IMG/VR virus record: IMGVR_UViG_3300014204_013734
Span: 32,001 to 96,000 of that record
Strand: one strand, 5' to 3'
From: a virus
Lineage: Duplodnaviria; Caudoviricetes
Length of the DNA stretch: 64,000 nt
How positions within the stretch are numbered: the stretch's first letter is position 1; every line of letters begins with the position of its first letter. The notes beneath the pieces were generated by a model that was given only the letters and a program-made list of their open reading frames with translations, had not been told where the DNA came from and did no database searches. The translations under genes were made by a program, and so were the position numbers. Positions 46,319-54,788 of the stretch are shown here, in pieces.

Positions 46319-47085
46319 AACTGGACCAAGAAACAATCAACGTCCTTGACAGGTGCCGGATTGAAGGGAAGACCCTGTTTCTTCCTCAAGGGCAGTTACC
46401 CCGCGACCTATACGTGAAGGTTGACAAGGTTCTGAAATCGTTCGGCGGGAAGTGGGACAAGAAGGCCAAGGCACACCTGTTTGACGAGGACCCTTCGGAA
46501 GGATTGGAAAACGTCCTGGCTACGGGGGAGATGACGGACTGGAAGAAGGAACTCCAATTCTTTGAAACCCCGCCCGAAATTGTAGCCCGAATGATCAAGA
46601 TGGCTGATGTCCAGGCAAAGGACAAGGTTCTGGAGCCTTCGGCCGGCAAGGGGGCGATTGTAACGAAACTGTTGGAAGGAGGTGCCACGGTGTGGGCCGT
46701 GGAAACAGACCTAAAAATGGCTTCAAACATGGCAGTAAACGTTCTTTCTACCTTCCATATGGACTTCCTGCAATGGCCCCCTGATAAATTGGCGATTCGA
46801 TCCGATGGAACTTGCTTCTTTGACAAGGTAGTCATGAATCCCCCGTTCCGCAAGCAACAGGACATTGATCACGTCCGTCACGCTTTCAAATTCCTGAAAC
46901 CCAGTGGAACCTTGGTCAGCGTCATGTCGGAAGGGACTTTCTACAGGGAAACCAAGAAAGCGCAGGATTTCCGAACCTGGATGGACGGATTGGAACACGA
47001 AATTGTGTCCTTGGACGAAGGTGCCTTCAAGGCTTCCGGCACCATGGTCAAAACGCGTCTGGTCAAAATCGTCCGAAAGAACTGA
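46315..47085 (+). CDS. N6-adenine DNA methyltransferase
   Basis: FFETP, LEPSAGKG, MNPPF. Confidence 0.85.
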   Translation: MKLDQETINVLDRCRIEGKTLFLPQGQLPRDLYVKVDKVLKSFGGKWDKKAKAHLFDEDPSEGLENVLATGEMTDWKKELQFFETPPEIVARMIKMADVQAKDKVLEPSAGKGAIVTKLLEGGATVWAVETDLKMASNMAVNVLSTFHMDFLQWPPDKLAIRSDGTCFFDKVVMNPPFRKQQDIDHVRHAFKFLKPSGTLVSVMSEGTFYRETKKAQDFRTWMDGLEHEIVSLDEGAFKASGTMVKTRLVKIVRKN

Positions 47086-47103
47086 TCCTGACCTTCAAAA
47101 CAG

Positions 47104-47139
47104 AAGAAGGCCCCGACACAATCATGTCGGGGCCTTCTT
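47104..47139. terminator. bidirectional terminator ending tRNA array 2
   Basis: AAGAAGGCCCCGACA/TGTCGGGGCCTTCTT. Confidence 0.8.
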
Positions 47140-47142
47140 ATT

Positions 47143-47208
47143 CCTAAGCAATTAGCCCTATTAGGTTACCGTCCGGCACCAACGTGGAGGTTGCTTAGGT
47201 TGTCGGAT
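47143..47208 (-). ncRNA. HDV-like ribozyme 9 (minimal P4; two P1 mismatches)
   Basis: P2 CCTAAGCA/TGCTTAGG, P3 ACC/GGT, GG, J4/2 GCTAA. Confidence 0.78.
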
Positions 47209-47297
47209 CGGAAGGAGAGGGAATTGAACCCTCAAGGGAGTGTTAGTCCTCGTCCGGTTTCGAACCGGGTGCAGTCAGCCAATCTGCTTGTCCTTCC
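47209..47297 (-). tRNA. tRNA-Ser(CGA), no CCA
   Basis: long variable arm. Confidence 0.85.
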
Positions 47298-47302
47298 AAA
47301 AA

Positions 47303-47379
47303 TGGTACGTCCGGCCAGGCTCGAACTGGCGATCCCCGGCTTCGGAGGCCGGTGCTCTATCCATCTGAGCTACGGACGC
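47303..47379 (-). tRNA. tRNA-Arg(CCG)
   Basis: cloverleaf with CCA; overlaps the coaD stop. Confidence 0.9.
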
Positions 47380-47870
47380 GGAAATTTTGCCATCAAGGCT
47401 TTGGCCACGGGGTCTGGCACAAACTGCTGAAAGGGTCCCCCAAGGGCGGCAAGTTCCTTGACCATGGACGACGAAACTTCGGACACGGCCGGATCCGTAA
47501 CCAGCATGACCGTTTCAATGGAGGGCTTAATCCGTCGGTTGATAGAAGCCAAAGAAAACTCGACGGGAAAATCCTGAACGGGACGAAGCCCGCGGATCAT
47601 GGCACAAGCCCCAAGTTCGGCGGCAAAGTCAACCAGAAGCTTTCCTTCAGGTAAAGCTTCCAGACGCACCTTGGATGAAAACCCAACCGGGAGTGATTGT
47701 TGGATCAAGTCCAACCTTTCTTCCAAAGTGAAGGTCGCTTTCTTGGCGGAATTCTGTGCAATCACTACTACCAACCTATCAAAAAGTTCCGCTGCCCTGC
47801 TGATGATGTCCAAGTGGCCATTCGTGATCGGGTCAAAAGACCCTGCATAAATTGCAACACGTTCGGTCAT
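47370..47870 (-). CDS. coaD: phosphopantetheine adenylyltransferase
   Basis: YAGSFDPITNGHLDII, IRGLR, VSSSMVKE. Confidence 0.92.
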   Translation of the reverse strand: MTERVAIYAGSFDPITNGHLDIISRAAELFDRLVVVIAQNSAKKATFTLEERLDLIQQSLPVGFSSKVRLEALPEGKLLVDFAAELGACAMIRGLRPVQDFPVEFSLASINRRIKPSIETVMLVTDPAVSEVSSSMVKELAALGGPFQQFVPDPVAKALMAKFPRP

Positions 47871-47942
47871 GAAGTGCCTCCTTGAAAGGACATACCCTTT
47901 TTCGGGGTAACTTGTTGAAGATGGCTTCATCTTCTTGTCTAA

Positions 47943-47971
47943 ACTACCCGAAGCCCTCCAGTTCCAAGCCG
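47943..47971 (-). promoter_or_regulatory. phage promoter motif
   Basis: exact motif upstream of coaD. Confidence 0.8.
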
Positions 47972-48022
47972 TAAAATTCATGGTTTGGAAAACCATGACC
48001 CTTTTTTGAGGAGCTTTTGTCC

Positions 48023-49246
48023 ATGGCTTTGAAAAAGATCCCGGCCATACCCGCTGATTCCGCTTTGACCAAAGCCCTTAATTTGAAGGAAGCATCAGGA
48101 AAGGAAAAATGGGACTTTTCTTTCATTGATCTATTCGCGGGTATCGGAGGGTTCCGACTGGCCTTGGAATCCCTCGGCGGAAACTGCGTGTTTTCGTCGG
48201 AATGGGACAAGCAATCCCAGGACACCTACGAAAGGAACCACGGGGAACGACCTCAAGGGGACATCACGAAAATCGACCCGTTTTCCATCCCCGACCACGA
48301 CATCCTGACGGGCGGTTTCCCGTGCCAGACATTCTCCCTTGCCGGAATAACCAGATTGTCAAGTTTGGGCAGGGAACATGGCATGAGGGACACAACGAAG
48401 GGAACCTTATTTGGGTACACGAAGGAAATCATTACCGCAAAGCGTCCGAAGATGTTCATCCTAGAAAACGTCAAGAACCTAAAATTCCATGACGAAGGCA
48501 GGACCTTCAGGACCATCGTGGAACACCTACAGGGCCTGGACTATGAAGTGTCCTCTTCAATCCAAACTAGCGTCTGGTGGGTCCCGCAACACCGGGAACG
48601 TATGTTTATCGTAGGGTTTGATCTCCAACGGTTTGATCCGAAATCGGTTCAGGAAAACTGGGCCTTCCCCGACCCGCCGAAATTGGTAGATGGTCGATTA
48701 CCTGTGATGAAGGATATTATGGAAAAGAATCCGGATGAACGCTACCGGTTGACTGATCTTCAGTGGAGCACTCTTCAGAATCGTTTCAAGGGACACCAGA
48801 AAGGATCCTCAAAGCCCTGGGGATTCAGCTACGATTTGAATTCCGAAGAAACAATTGCCAAGACATTGATGGCAGACATTAAAGGAGGGTCCGCCCTGCT
48901 CATTCAAGACGACCCAACCAAAAATCCACGGAGACCAACCCCAAGAGAATGCGCCCGATTGATGGGATTTCCTGATACTTTTCAAACATTGCAAGCACAA
49001 AGACTTGTACAGAAACAGTTCGGAAACGCCGTCGTTCCCCCTCTGATCCGCCACATTGCTACGGCAATGCTGCGTGCTACAGACAACTTTCTGCCTAACC
49101 TCAATCCGATGCCAAAGGACACCATCCTAAACGTGCAAGTTGTAGCCCCGGAAAAGAAGACTGGAAAGAATAGGAAAATAGTACAAAAAGAACCGGAAGT
49201 CTGTTGTGGGTTGGAACAGTTGTTCAATGAAGATCAGAAAACCTGA
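48023..49246 (+). CDS. dcm: C5-cytosine DNA methyltransferase
   Basis: DLFAGIGG, GGFPCQ, ENV, PQ.RER, QFGNAV. Confidence 0.92.
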   Translation: MALKKIPAIPADSALTKALNLKEASGKEKWDFSFIDLFAGIGGFRLALESLGGNCVFSSEWDKQSQDTYERNHGERPQGDITKIDPFSIPDHDILTGGFPCQTFSLAGITRLSSLGREHGMRDTTKGTLFGYTKEIITAKRPKMFILENVKNLKFHDEGRTFRTIVEHLQGLDYEVSSSIQTSVWWVPQHRERMFIVGFDLQRFDPKSVQENWAFPDPPKLVDGRLPVMKDIMEKNPDERYRLTDLQWSTLQNRFKGHQKGSSKPWGFSYDLNSEETIAKTLMADIKGGSALLIQDDPTKNPRRPTPRECARLMGFPDTFQTLQAQRLVQKQFGNAVVPPLIRHIATAMLRATDNFLPNLNPMPKDTILNVQVVAPEKKTGKNRKIVQKEPEVCCGLEQLFNEDQKT

Positions 49247-49523
49247 CAACAGGAAATCAAACCTTCCGTCTCCGATAAAAAATGGGCATACTAGTTGTAT
49301 GCCCGGATTCACCGCTAATGGAAAGCAACTTCCGGAGATAGGTGCTGTGTTTTGGTGAGGTAAACACGGCACTTCATCCGAACCGTCCACCAGCCCTTCT
49401 GCCGCTACTGTGATAAACACAGAAGGTGCAGAATTAACCCTAGTGTAACCGCGGTTCTTCTTCAAGTCAAGAAGAAAATAAACGTTATCAAGGGTCGGGG
49501 TCATGAAACCCTCCTTCCCCATA

Positions 49524-49552
49524 ACTACCGGGAAAGAAGGGTTTCCAAGCCG
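49524..49552 (-). promoter_or_regulatory. phage promoter motif
   Basis: exact motif followed by AAGGAGG RBS and ATG. Confidence 0.8.
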
Positions 49553-49559
49553 TTTGAAA

Positions 49560-49635
49560 TGGAGCTGACGGCGGTGATTGAAACCGCAACTTTCGCCCTA
49601 CCGAAGCGACGCTCTACCAACTGAGCTACGTCAGC
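49560..49635 (-). tRNA. tRNA-Thr(GGT), C33
   Basis: cloverleaf with CCA. Confidence 0.88.
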
Positions 49636-49641
49636 AAAAAA

Positions 49642-49716
49642 TGGAGCCTCGGCAGGAAATTGAATCCTGTTCTGCGGTTTACAGGACCGCCGCATCACCG
49701 ACAATGCTTCCGAGGC
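49642..49716 (-). tRNA. tRNA-Thr(TGT), C33
   Basis: cloverleaf with CCA. Confidence 0.85.
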
Positions 49717-49720
49717 ATTT

Positions 49721-49803
49721 TCCAAGTAATTGGCCCTGCCCCTTTTCGGGGGGAATGCAGGTTGACATCCGACACCTCGTGAAGGTTACTTGGATCGTCG
49801 GAC
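49721..49803 (-). ncRNA. HDV-like ribozyme 10
   Basis: G1.U wobble, P1 GTCCGAC/GTCGGAT, P2 TCCAAGTA/TACTTGGA, J4/2 GCCAA. Confidence 0.85.
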
Positions 49804-49875
49804 AGCTAGCAGAAAGACTTGAACTTTCAACCTTCGGTTTACGGAACCGTTGCTCTACCATTGAGCTATGCTAGC
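49804..49875 (-). tRNA. tRNA-Thr(CGT), C33, no CCA
   Basis: cloverleaf. Confidence 0.85.
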
Positions 49876-49880
49876 AAAAA

Positions 49881-49964
49881 TGGTACGAGGGGAGGAAATT
49901 GAATCCTCAAGGGTTTCCCCACACGGGTTTAAACCGTGCGCGTTTCCCATTCCGCCACCCTCGC
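49881..49964 (-). tRNA. tRNA-Leu(TAA)
   Basis: variable arm, CCA. Confidence 0.85.
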
Positions 49965-49970
49965 ATAAAA

Positions 49971-50762
49971 TCAATGCAGAAAAGGTTTCCCAATCAAATC
50001 CGCCGGACCTTCCAGTTGGGGGACCTGATTGAAGTGGTTTTTCTTCAAGGCAGCCCGAACTTCTGTGATCACCTGGGAGGTTGGTTTTTCCAACCCGTCT
50101 GGCCGAAGCAGGGCATCCAGAAGGAATCGGGTCAAAGCCCCGTTTGGACGCTTCTTGAACACGGCATCCGCTGCGGTTTGGTCTGCCCGGCAACCTGAAA
50201 TCAAGGCAATGTTAGGGACATCCAAGGGATTCTTTTCCAACCCTTTGGATCGGACACCTTCAAAACGCCACCTGATGTCAAGCGGGGGAATGAGACGGCG
50301 CGGTTTGGACCCGCCAAATCCGGCCATGTCCCGGTCCAACCCTCCGCTGTGGCAGGAATCGGAAATCCACCATGCGGCAACACCAGGAGGGACCCGTTTG
50401 AAGATGGTGTTGAATTCCTTGTCCCGAATCATGTTGGAATCGGACCAATCAAAATTTTGACAACATACCACTTCGTCAAGTCCGTCAACTTCACCTTTCT
50501 TGTCCCGGGTCGGAACTTGAGCTCCATGTCCGCTGTACTGGAATAGGATGCGGTCACCAGGCTTCAACCCGTCAACAAGCCAGAAGAGTCGGTTCTTGAT
50601 TGTCGTAGCAGTGGCCCTGGAATCCGTCAAGAGACGGACAGCCGCCGGATCAAAGCCGCATTTCCCTGTGATGAACAACGCCATATCTTCAACATCGTTG
50701 AGACATCCGGCGAGCGGGGCTTCAGGATACGAATTTATTCCAACCAAGAGTGCCTTGTCCAT
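49971..50762 (-). CDS. caspase-family (metacaspase-like C14) peptidase
   Basis: ALLVGINSY, GCLNDV, YSGHG, DSCHSG. Confidence 0.9.
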   Translation of the reverse strand: MDKALLVGINSYPEAPLAGCLNDVEDMALFITGKCGFDPAAVRLLTDSRATATTIKNRLFWLVDGLKPGDRILFQYSGHGAQVPTRDKKGEVDGLDEVVCCQNFDWSDSNMIRDKEFNTIFKRVPPGVAAWWISDSCHSGGLDRDMAGFGGSKPRRLIPPLDIRWRFEGVRSKGLEKNPLDVPNIALISGCRADQTAADAVFKKRPNGALTRFLLDALLRPDGLEKPTSQVITEVRAALKKNHFNQVPQLEGPADLIGKPFLH

Positions 50763-50847
50763 GGAAACCTCCTTTTACGGAGATGGGGTGATACATCCCA
50801 ATCCTGTAAAGGGGTTTCCATGAAAGGACAACCGGGGGATTGAAAAA

Positions 50848-50932
50848 TGGTGAAGGTGGGGGTGGTCGAAACCCCATGCCTTTCGGCAAAAGCTTTTGAG
50901 ACTTCCGCGTCTACCAGTTGCGCCACACCTTC
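50848..50932 (-). tRNA. tRNA-Leu(CAA)
   Basis: variable arm, CCA. Confidence 0.85.
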
Positions 50933-50939
50933 AGAAAAA

Positions 50940-51027
50940 TGGTGGACGGGGAGAGATTCGAACTCTCTCACCCACAAGGAGAACGGATTTACAGTCCGCT
51001 GCGCCTCACCATCTGCGCCGCCCGTCC
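50940..51027 (-). tRNA. tRNA-Tyr(GTA)
   Basis: variable arm, CCA. Confidence 0.9.
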
Positions 51028-51035
51028 ATGTATAG

Positions 51036-51064
51036 ACTACCAGAATGGAATCCATCCCAAGCCG
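51036..51064 (-). promoter_or_regulatory. phage promoter motif
   Basis: exact motif immediately upstream of tRNA-Tyr. Confidence 0.8.
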
Positions 51065-51159
51065 GAAAACCTTCGTTAGGAGAAATCTGGTGTACTAGGC
51101 CATCTTTGGAAAACCAATTTTCCGTTTATTGAACCCTTCCGATAAAAGGAGGTGTCCTT

Positions 51160-51837
51160 ATGATCCCACTGTTTACTCAAGAAGAATTTGATTCTGTGAA
51201 GTCCCGGCAAAAGTTACCCCTTCAATGTAAGCATTGTGGGAAAACCTTCCACAGAACCAAACATGATATTCAAATTGGTAACATAAGAAGAGGAACTATG
51301 GATTTTTGCAGCATTTCTTGTACATCCCGATATCATGCCGCTGGTCATCGTCTTAGTTTGACTTGTGAACAGTGTGGAAACCATTTCAGCAAGATTTTAT
51401 CTCAAGTCAAGGTAACAAAACATCATTTCTGTTCCAAATCCTGTGCGGCCAAGTATCGGAATTCTCACAAAACTACAGGTTTCCGTAGGTCAAAGTTAGA
51501 AGCTTGGTTGGAAACCCAACTAACATCCCTTCATCCTGAATTAGAATTTCATTTCAACAGGAAAGACACTATTGATTCCGAATTGGATATTTACATCCCT
51601 TCCCTTAAGTTGGCTTTTGAACTAAATGGGATTTTCCACTTTGAACCTATTTTTGGAACCCACAAGTTGAATCAAATCCAATCCAACGATCAAAGGAAAT
51701 TTTTGGCTTGCGCTGAAAGAGGAATCAGCCTTTGTATTTTGGATGTTTCTCACATCAAGTATTTTAAAGATAGGACTTCCAAACCCTTCCTTGACATTAT
51801 TGAACGTATTATTTCCCAAGTAAGGGCAGGACAGTAA
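51160..51837 (+). CDS. Zn-finger + PD-(D/E)xK/Vsr-like homing endonuclease, paralog A
   Basis: CxxC..FCS repeats; ELDIYIPSLKLAFELNGIFH; AT-rich. Confidence 0.75.
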   Translation: MIPLFTQEEFDSVKSRQKLPLQCKHCGKTFHRTKHDIQIGNIRRGTMDFCSISCTSRYHAAGHRLSLTCEQCGNHFSKILSQVKVTKHHFCSKSCAAKYRNSHKTTGFRRSKLEAWLETQLTSLHPELEFHFNRKDTIDSELDIYIPSLKLAFELNGIFHFEPIFGTHKLNQIQSNDQRKFLACAERGISLCILDVSHIKYFKDRTSKPFLDIIERIISQVRAGQ

Positions 51838-51840
51838 AAA

Positions 51841-51916
51841 TGGTGCCTGAAGCTAGGATCGAACTAGCCACCTCGTGATTTTCAGTCACGCGCTCTACCA
51901 ACTGAGCTATCCAGGC
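51841..51916 (-). tRNA. tRNA-Phe(GAA)
   Basis: cloverleaf with CCA. Confidence 0.92.
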
Positions 51917-51928
51917 ATTGTCCATTTT

Positions 51929-53005
51929 TCACTTCTTCCGTTTGACAGGTTTTTTGGCAGGTTTTTTGGTCCCTGATGTCTTGCCCTTAACCTGCTTCCG
52001 GGAAGATTCTTCAATGTGAAGGGCCTTGATTTTCGGTCCCAGTTCTTGAAGGATTTCTCTGGTCTTGCCTTCCTTTGTATAGGTTTCAGCAAGTGATGCC
52101 AACACCTTGTTCATTGGTCCGGTCGTGACGGGCATTGGGACGTCAAGAGTGACAGTCATCGTCTTCCCTTTCTTGTGTATCGTCAGACCTTCCAATTTCA
52201 CCGTTCCATCGCGGTCAAAGTGGTAAAGCATGGCCAAATCAAAGAAGCCCTCGGAGCCTTCCGCTCCGCCCGTTTGGCGAAGCCGATCTATCACCTTTGC
52301 CAGATTGTCTTTCAACCAGGATGCCGTTTCCGCATCAAGGTCTTCAAACTTCTGGCTTTTGTTGTAAGCTTCCATAACCGCATGGTGAATGTTTTTGGGA
52401 ACCCTTTCACCCCCATCTTGGTCGCCACTTCGTGCGGCTTCTCCCTCTTCTTTCCAACCCCCTTCTTCGTCCCTTTCCCCGTTGTCATAAAGGAAGGCTT
52501 CCCACAAGAAACGGTTGACCAAACCCATGAAATAGTCCCTGGGTGGAAAGTCCTTGAGGGCCTTAAATCCGCCAGATACATTGGATTCATCAAAATCCGC
52601 AATTTGTGTCCGTTTTTCAGGTGGAACCGCCCACGAAGTCTCGCTCCATTCCATATCGTCCAGATCACCCAAATAGTTCTGATAGTCCCGATCATTCAGC
52701 AGATCGTCCAGATCATCGTCCAGATCATTCTGATCAGTCTGCAAAGAATTATGTTGGTCTTCGGACGGAATAGGTTCCAGAATTGTGGGATGGGGACCCT
52801 TATCCGCATCCATGCCGAACGCTTTGAAAACCGCCTGCATTGTAGCCGGGTCTTCCTGATCACCCCAAAGGTTGCAAAGATCAATTTCGGTTGGGGTCTC
52901 CTGATCTTCTTTCGATTCTTGGGGTTCCTTTACAGGTTCAACTTTCTTCGGTTCCAGGTTGAAGTAGGAAACAACCCGATGCCAGATGTTCTTGATTTTG
53001 GTCAT
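51929..53005 (-). CDS. acidic hypothetical protein with basic tail
   Basis: AGGAGG RBS; 358 aa. Confidence 0.7.
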   Translation of the reverse strand: MTKIKNIWHRVVSYFNLEPKKVEPVKEPQESKEDQETPTEIDLCNLWGDQEDPATMQAVFKAFGMDADKGPHPTILEPIPSEDQHNSLQTDQNDLDDDLDDLLNDRDYQNYLGDLDDMEWSETSWAVPPEKRTQIADFDESNVSGGFKALKDFPPRDYFMGLVNRFLWEAFLYDNGERDEEGGWKEEGEAARSGDQDGGERVPKNIHHAVMEAYNKSQKFEDLDAETASWLKDNLAKVIDRLRQTGGAEGSEGFFDLAMLYHFDRDGTVKLEGLTIHKKGKTMTVTLDVPMPVTTGPMNKVLASLAETYTKEGKTREILQELGPKIKALHIEESSRKQVKGKTSGTKKPAKKPVKRKK

Positions 53006-53053
53006 AGTAGTGACCTCCTTTCCTGGAACAGTATACCCCGGAAACTAAAAAAC

Positions 53054-53128
53054 TGGCAGATGCCGGAGGAATCGGACCTCCCAGACCGTCGGATTTGGAG
53101 TCCAACGCGCTTTCCCAGAGCGGCATCC
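53054..53128 (-). tRNA. tRNA-Trp(CCA)
   Basis: loop CTCCAAA, G73, CCA. Confidence 0.8.
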
Positions 53129-53137
53129 GTGAAAAAT

Positions 53138-53160
53138 TGGCGGAAAAGGTGGGGATTGAA
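53138..53160 (-). pseudogene. 3' remnant of a Ser-like tRNA
   Basis: only TTCAATCCCCACCTTTTCCGCCA remains; the 5' part is replaced by the endonuclease gene. Confidence 0.6.
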
Positions 53161-53198
53161 TTTTTGATTTATGACTCCTTCCGATAGGAGGTGCCCCT

Positions 53199-53888
53199 AT
53201 GATTCCCTTGTTTACGCAAGAAGAATTTGAATCCACAAAATCCCGGCAATTACTGCCCCTGAGGTGTAAGCATTGTGGGAAAACTTTTCACAGCGAAAAA
53301 TGTGATATCCAAAGAGGACTTCTGAAACACAGTTCAAAAACCAAAGATTTTTGTAGTCTCTCCTGTTTGGGGGAACACCGATCCATAGGGCGTCGTCTTA
53401 GCTTGACTTGTGAACAGTGTGGAAAACCTGTCAGTAAAAGGCCATCTGAAATTAAGCAATCTAAGCATTATTTCTGTTCCAGTTCGTGTTCCGCAAAATA
53501 CCATAATTCCAGAAAACATACAGGTTACCGGAGATCAAAATTGGAAGTTTGGCTGGAAACCCAACTAATTTCCCTTCATCCTGATTTGGAAATCCATTTT
53601 AACCGAAAGGATACCATTAATTCCGAACTGGATATTTTTATCCCTTCCTTAAAACTGGCTTTTGAACTAAATGGAATCTTTCATTATGAACCCATCTTTG
53701 GAGCTAAACAATTTGGAAGAATTCAATCCAACGACAACCGGAAAATTCTTGCCTGTGCTGAAAAAGAAATTAGCCTTTGTATTTTGGATGTTTCTCACAT
53801 CAAGTATTTTAAAGATAGGACTTCTAAACCCTTCTTAGATATCATTGAACGGATTATTTCCCAAGCGATTAGCCCTGAAACCCCTTGA
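53199..53888 (+). CDS. Zn-finger + PD-(D/E)xK/Vsr-like homing endonuclease, paralog B
   Basis: close paralog of 51160..51837. Confidence 0.75.
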   Translation: MIPLFTQEEFESTKSRQLLPLRCKHCGKTFHSEKCDIQRGLLKHSSKTKDFCSLSCLGEHRSIGRRLSLTCEQCGKPVSKRPSEIKQSKHYFCSSSCSAKYHNSRKHTGYRRSKLEVWLETQLISLHPDLEIHFNRKDTINSELDIFIPSLKLAFELNGIFHYEPIFGAKQFGRIQSNDNRKILACAEKEISLCILDVSHIKYFKDRTSKPFLDIIERIISQAISPETP

Positions 53889-53946
53889 TAAGGGTTCTCA
53901 GGTTACCATCCGGTACCAACGTGGAGGTTGCTTAGGTTTGCCGGAT
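53860..53946 (-). ncRNA. HDV-like ribozyme 11
   Basis: P1 ATCCGG/CCGGAT, L3 TCCACGTT, GG, J4/2 GCTAA. Confidence 0.85.
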
Positions 53947-54033
53947 CGGAAGGAGTGGGAATTCAACCCACGGACCCGAAAGGGTCACCCGCTTTCCAGA
54001 CGGGCGCGACGAAGCAGCATTCGCCTCCCTTCC
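53947..54033 (-). tRNA. tRNA-Ser(GGA), no CCA
   Basis: variable arm. Confidence 0.85.
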
Positions 54034-54039
54034 ACAAAA

Positions 54040-54118
54040 TGGCGGGGCATGTTGCGGGTACTGCCCCCGCCCCTCCCCCAATCGCGAATCGGGGGCATGC
54101 TCTATACACTATCACCCC
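54040..54118 (-). tRNA. atypical tRNA-like RNA, anticodon CGC, G73
   Basis: GGGG/CCCC-G-CCA; loop TTCGCGA; T-loop GGCAGTA; poor D arm. Confidence 0.45.
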
Positions 54119-54127
54119 ATAAAAGAT

Positions 54128-54214
54128 TGGTGCTGGAAGCCGAATTTGAATCGGCACGGACTTTCGTCCACAAGGTCCTTAGCCTTGCGCGGCTGCCAGT
54201 TACGCCATTCCAGC
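54128..54214 (-). tRNA. tRNA-Leu(AAG)
   Basis: loop CTAAGGA, variable arm, CCA. Confidence 0.85.
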
Positions 54215-54222
54215 AAAAAAAT

Positions 54223-54307
54223 TGGCGGAAGAACAGGAAGTCGAATCCTGACAGGCATTGCCTGGACGGGTTAGCAACCCGCTCCGCTACCATTACGGCA
54301 TTCTTCC
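54223..54307 (-). tRNA. tRNA-Ser(GCT)
   Basis: variable arm, CCA. Confidence 0.85.
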
Positions 54308-54321
54308 ATTTTTGATTGTTT

Positions 54322-54394
54322 TCCAAGCGATTAGCCCTGTATAAGCTACAGGTTGACATCCGGCACTTCGTGAAAGTTGCTTGGGTCGTCGGAT
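54322..54394 (-). ncRNA. HDV-like ribozyme 12
   Basis: P1 ATCCGAC/GCCGGAT, P3 ACT/AGT, J4/2 GCTAA. Confidence 0.85.
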
Positions 54395-54477
54395 TGGGAA
54401 CGGAGGGGGTCGAACCCTCACGGCTGTTAACCACTGGTTCCTGAAACCAGTGCGGCTCCCAGTTACGCCACGTTCCC
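54395..54477 (-). tRNA. tRNA-Leu(CAG), no CCA
   Basis: variable arm. Confidence 0.88.
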
Positions 54478-54496
54478 GTAAAAAAACGTTGTTTCA

Positions 54497-54516
54497 CTAT
54501 TCGGTTGTCAAAGAAT
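54497..54516 (-). promoter_or_regulatory. rRNA-type boxA element
   Basis: ATTCTTTGACAACCGAATAG. Confidence 0.65.
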
Positions 54517-54527
54517 CCCGGAAAACT

Positions 54528-54561
54528 AAAAACCCCTCACGGCTTTCACCGGAGGGGTTTT
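54528..54561 (-). terminator. intrinsic terminator-like hairpin in the array 2 leader
   Basis: AAAACCCCTC...GAGGGGTTTTT. Confidence 0.65.
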
Positions 54562-54759
54562 CGTTGGGAGAAACATCATAGTTTACTGTTTCAACGTGAA
54601 CCCTCGGTGCCGGTTTAACGACCAGCTCGTAAGCTGGAAGGACAGATACAACCGGCCTGTAAAGGCCGTGTCTGTCAAACTGGCAGTAAAGGTAACTTCT
54701 AAATCGTCCATGCGTTCCTCCAAAAACCCCTTACCCACATCTTTGTGGGTGACTCTTTC

Positions 54760-54788
54760 TTTTTACCCAGCTTCCTAAAAAATGTCAA
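54760..54788 (-). promoter_or_regulatory. sigma70-type promoter with UP element
   Basis: TTGACA-17-TAAAAA; upstream T tract matches that at 16778-16797. Confidence 0.55.

Noticed and set aside
52175-53167. 330 aa + strand ORF
   Set aside because: Antisense to 51929..53005, which has a clear RBS, and overlaps tRNA-Trp.
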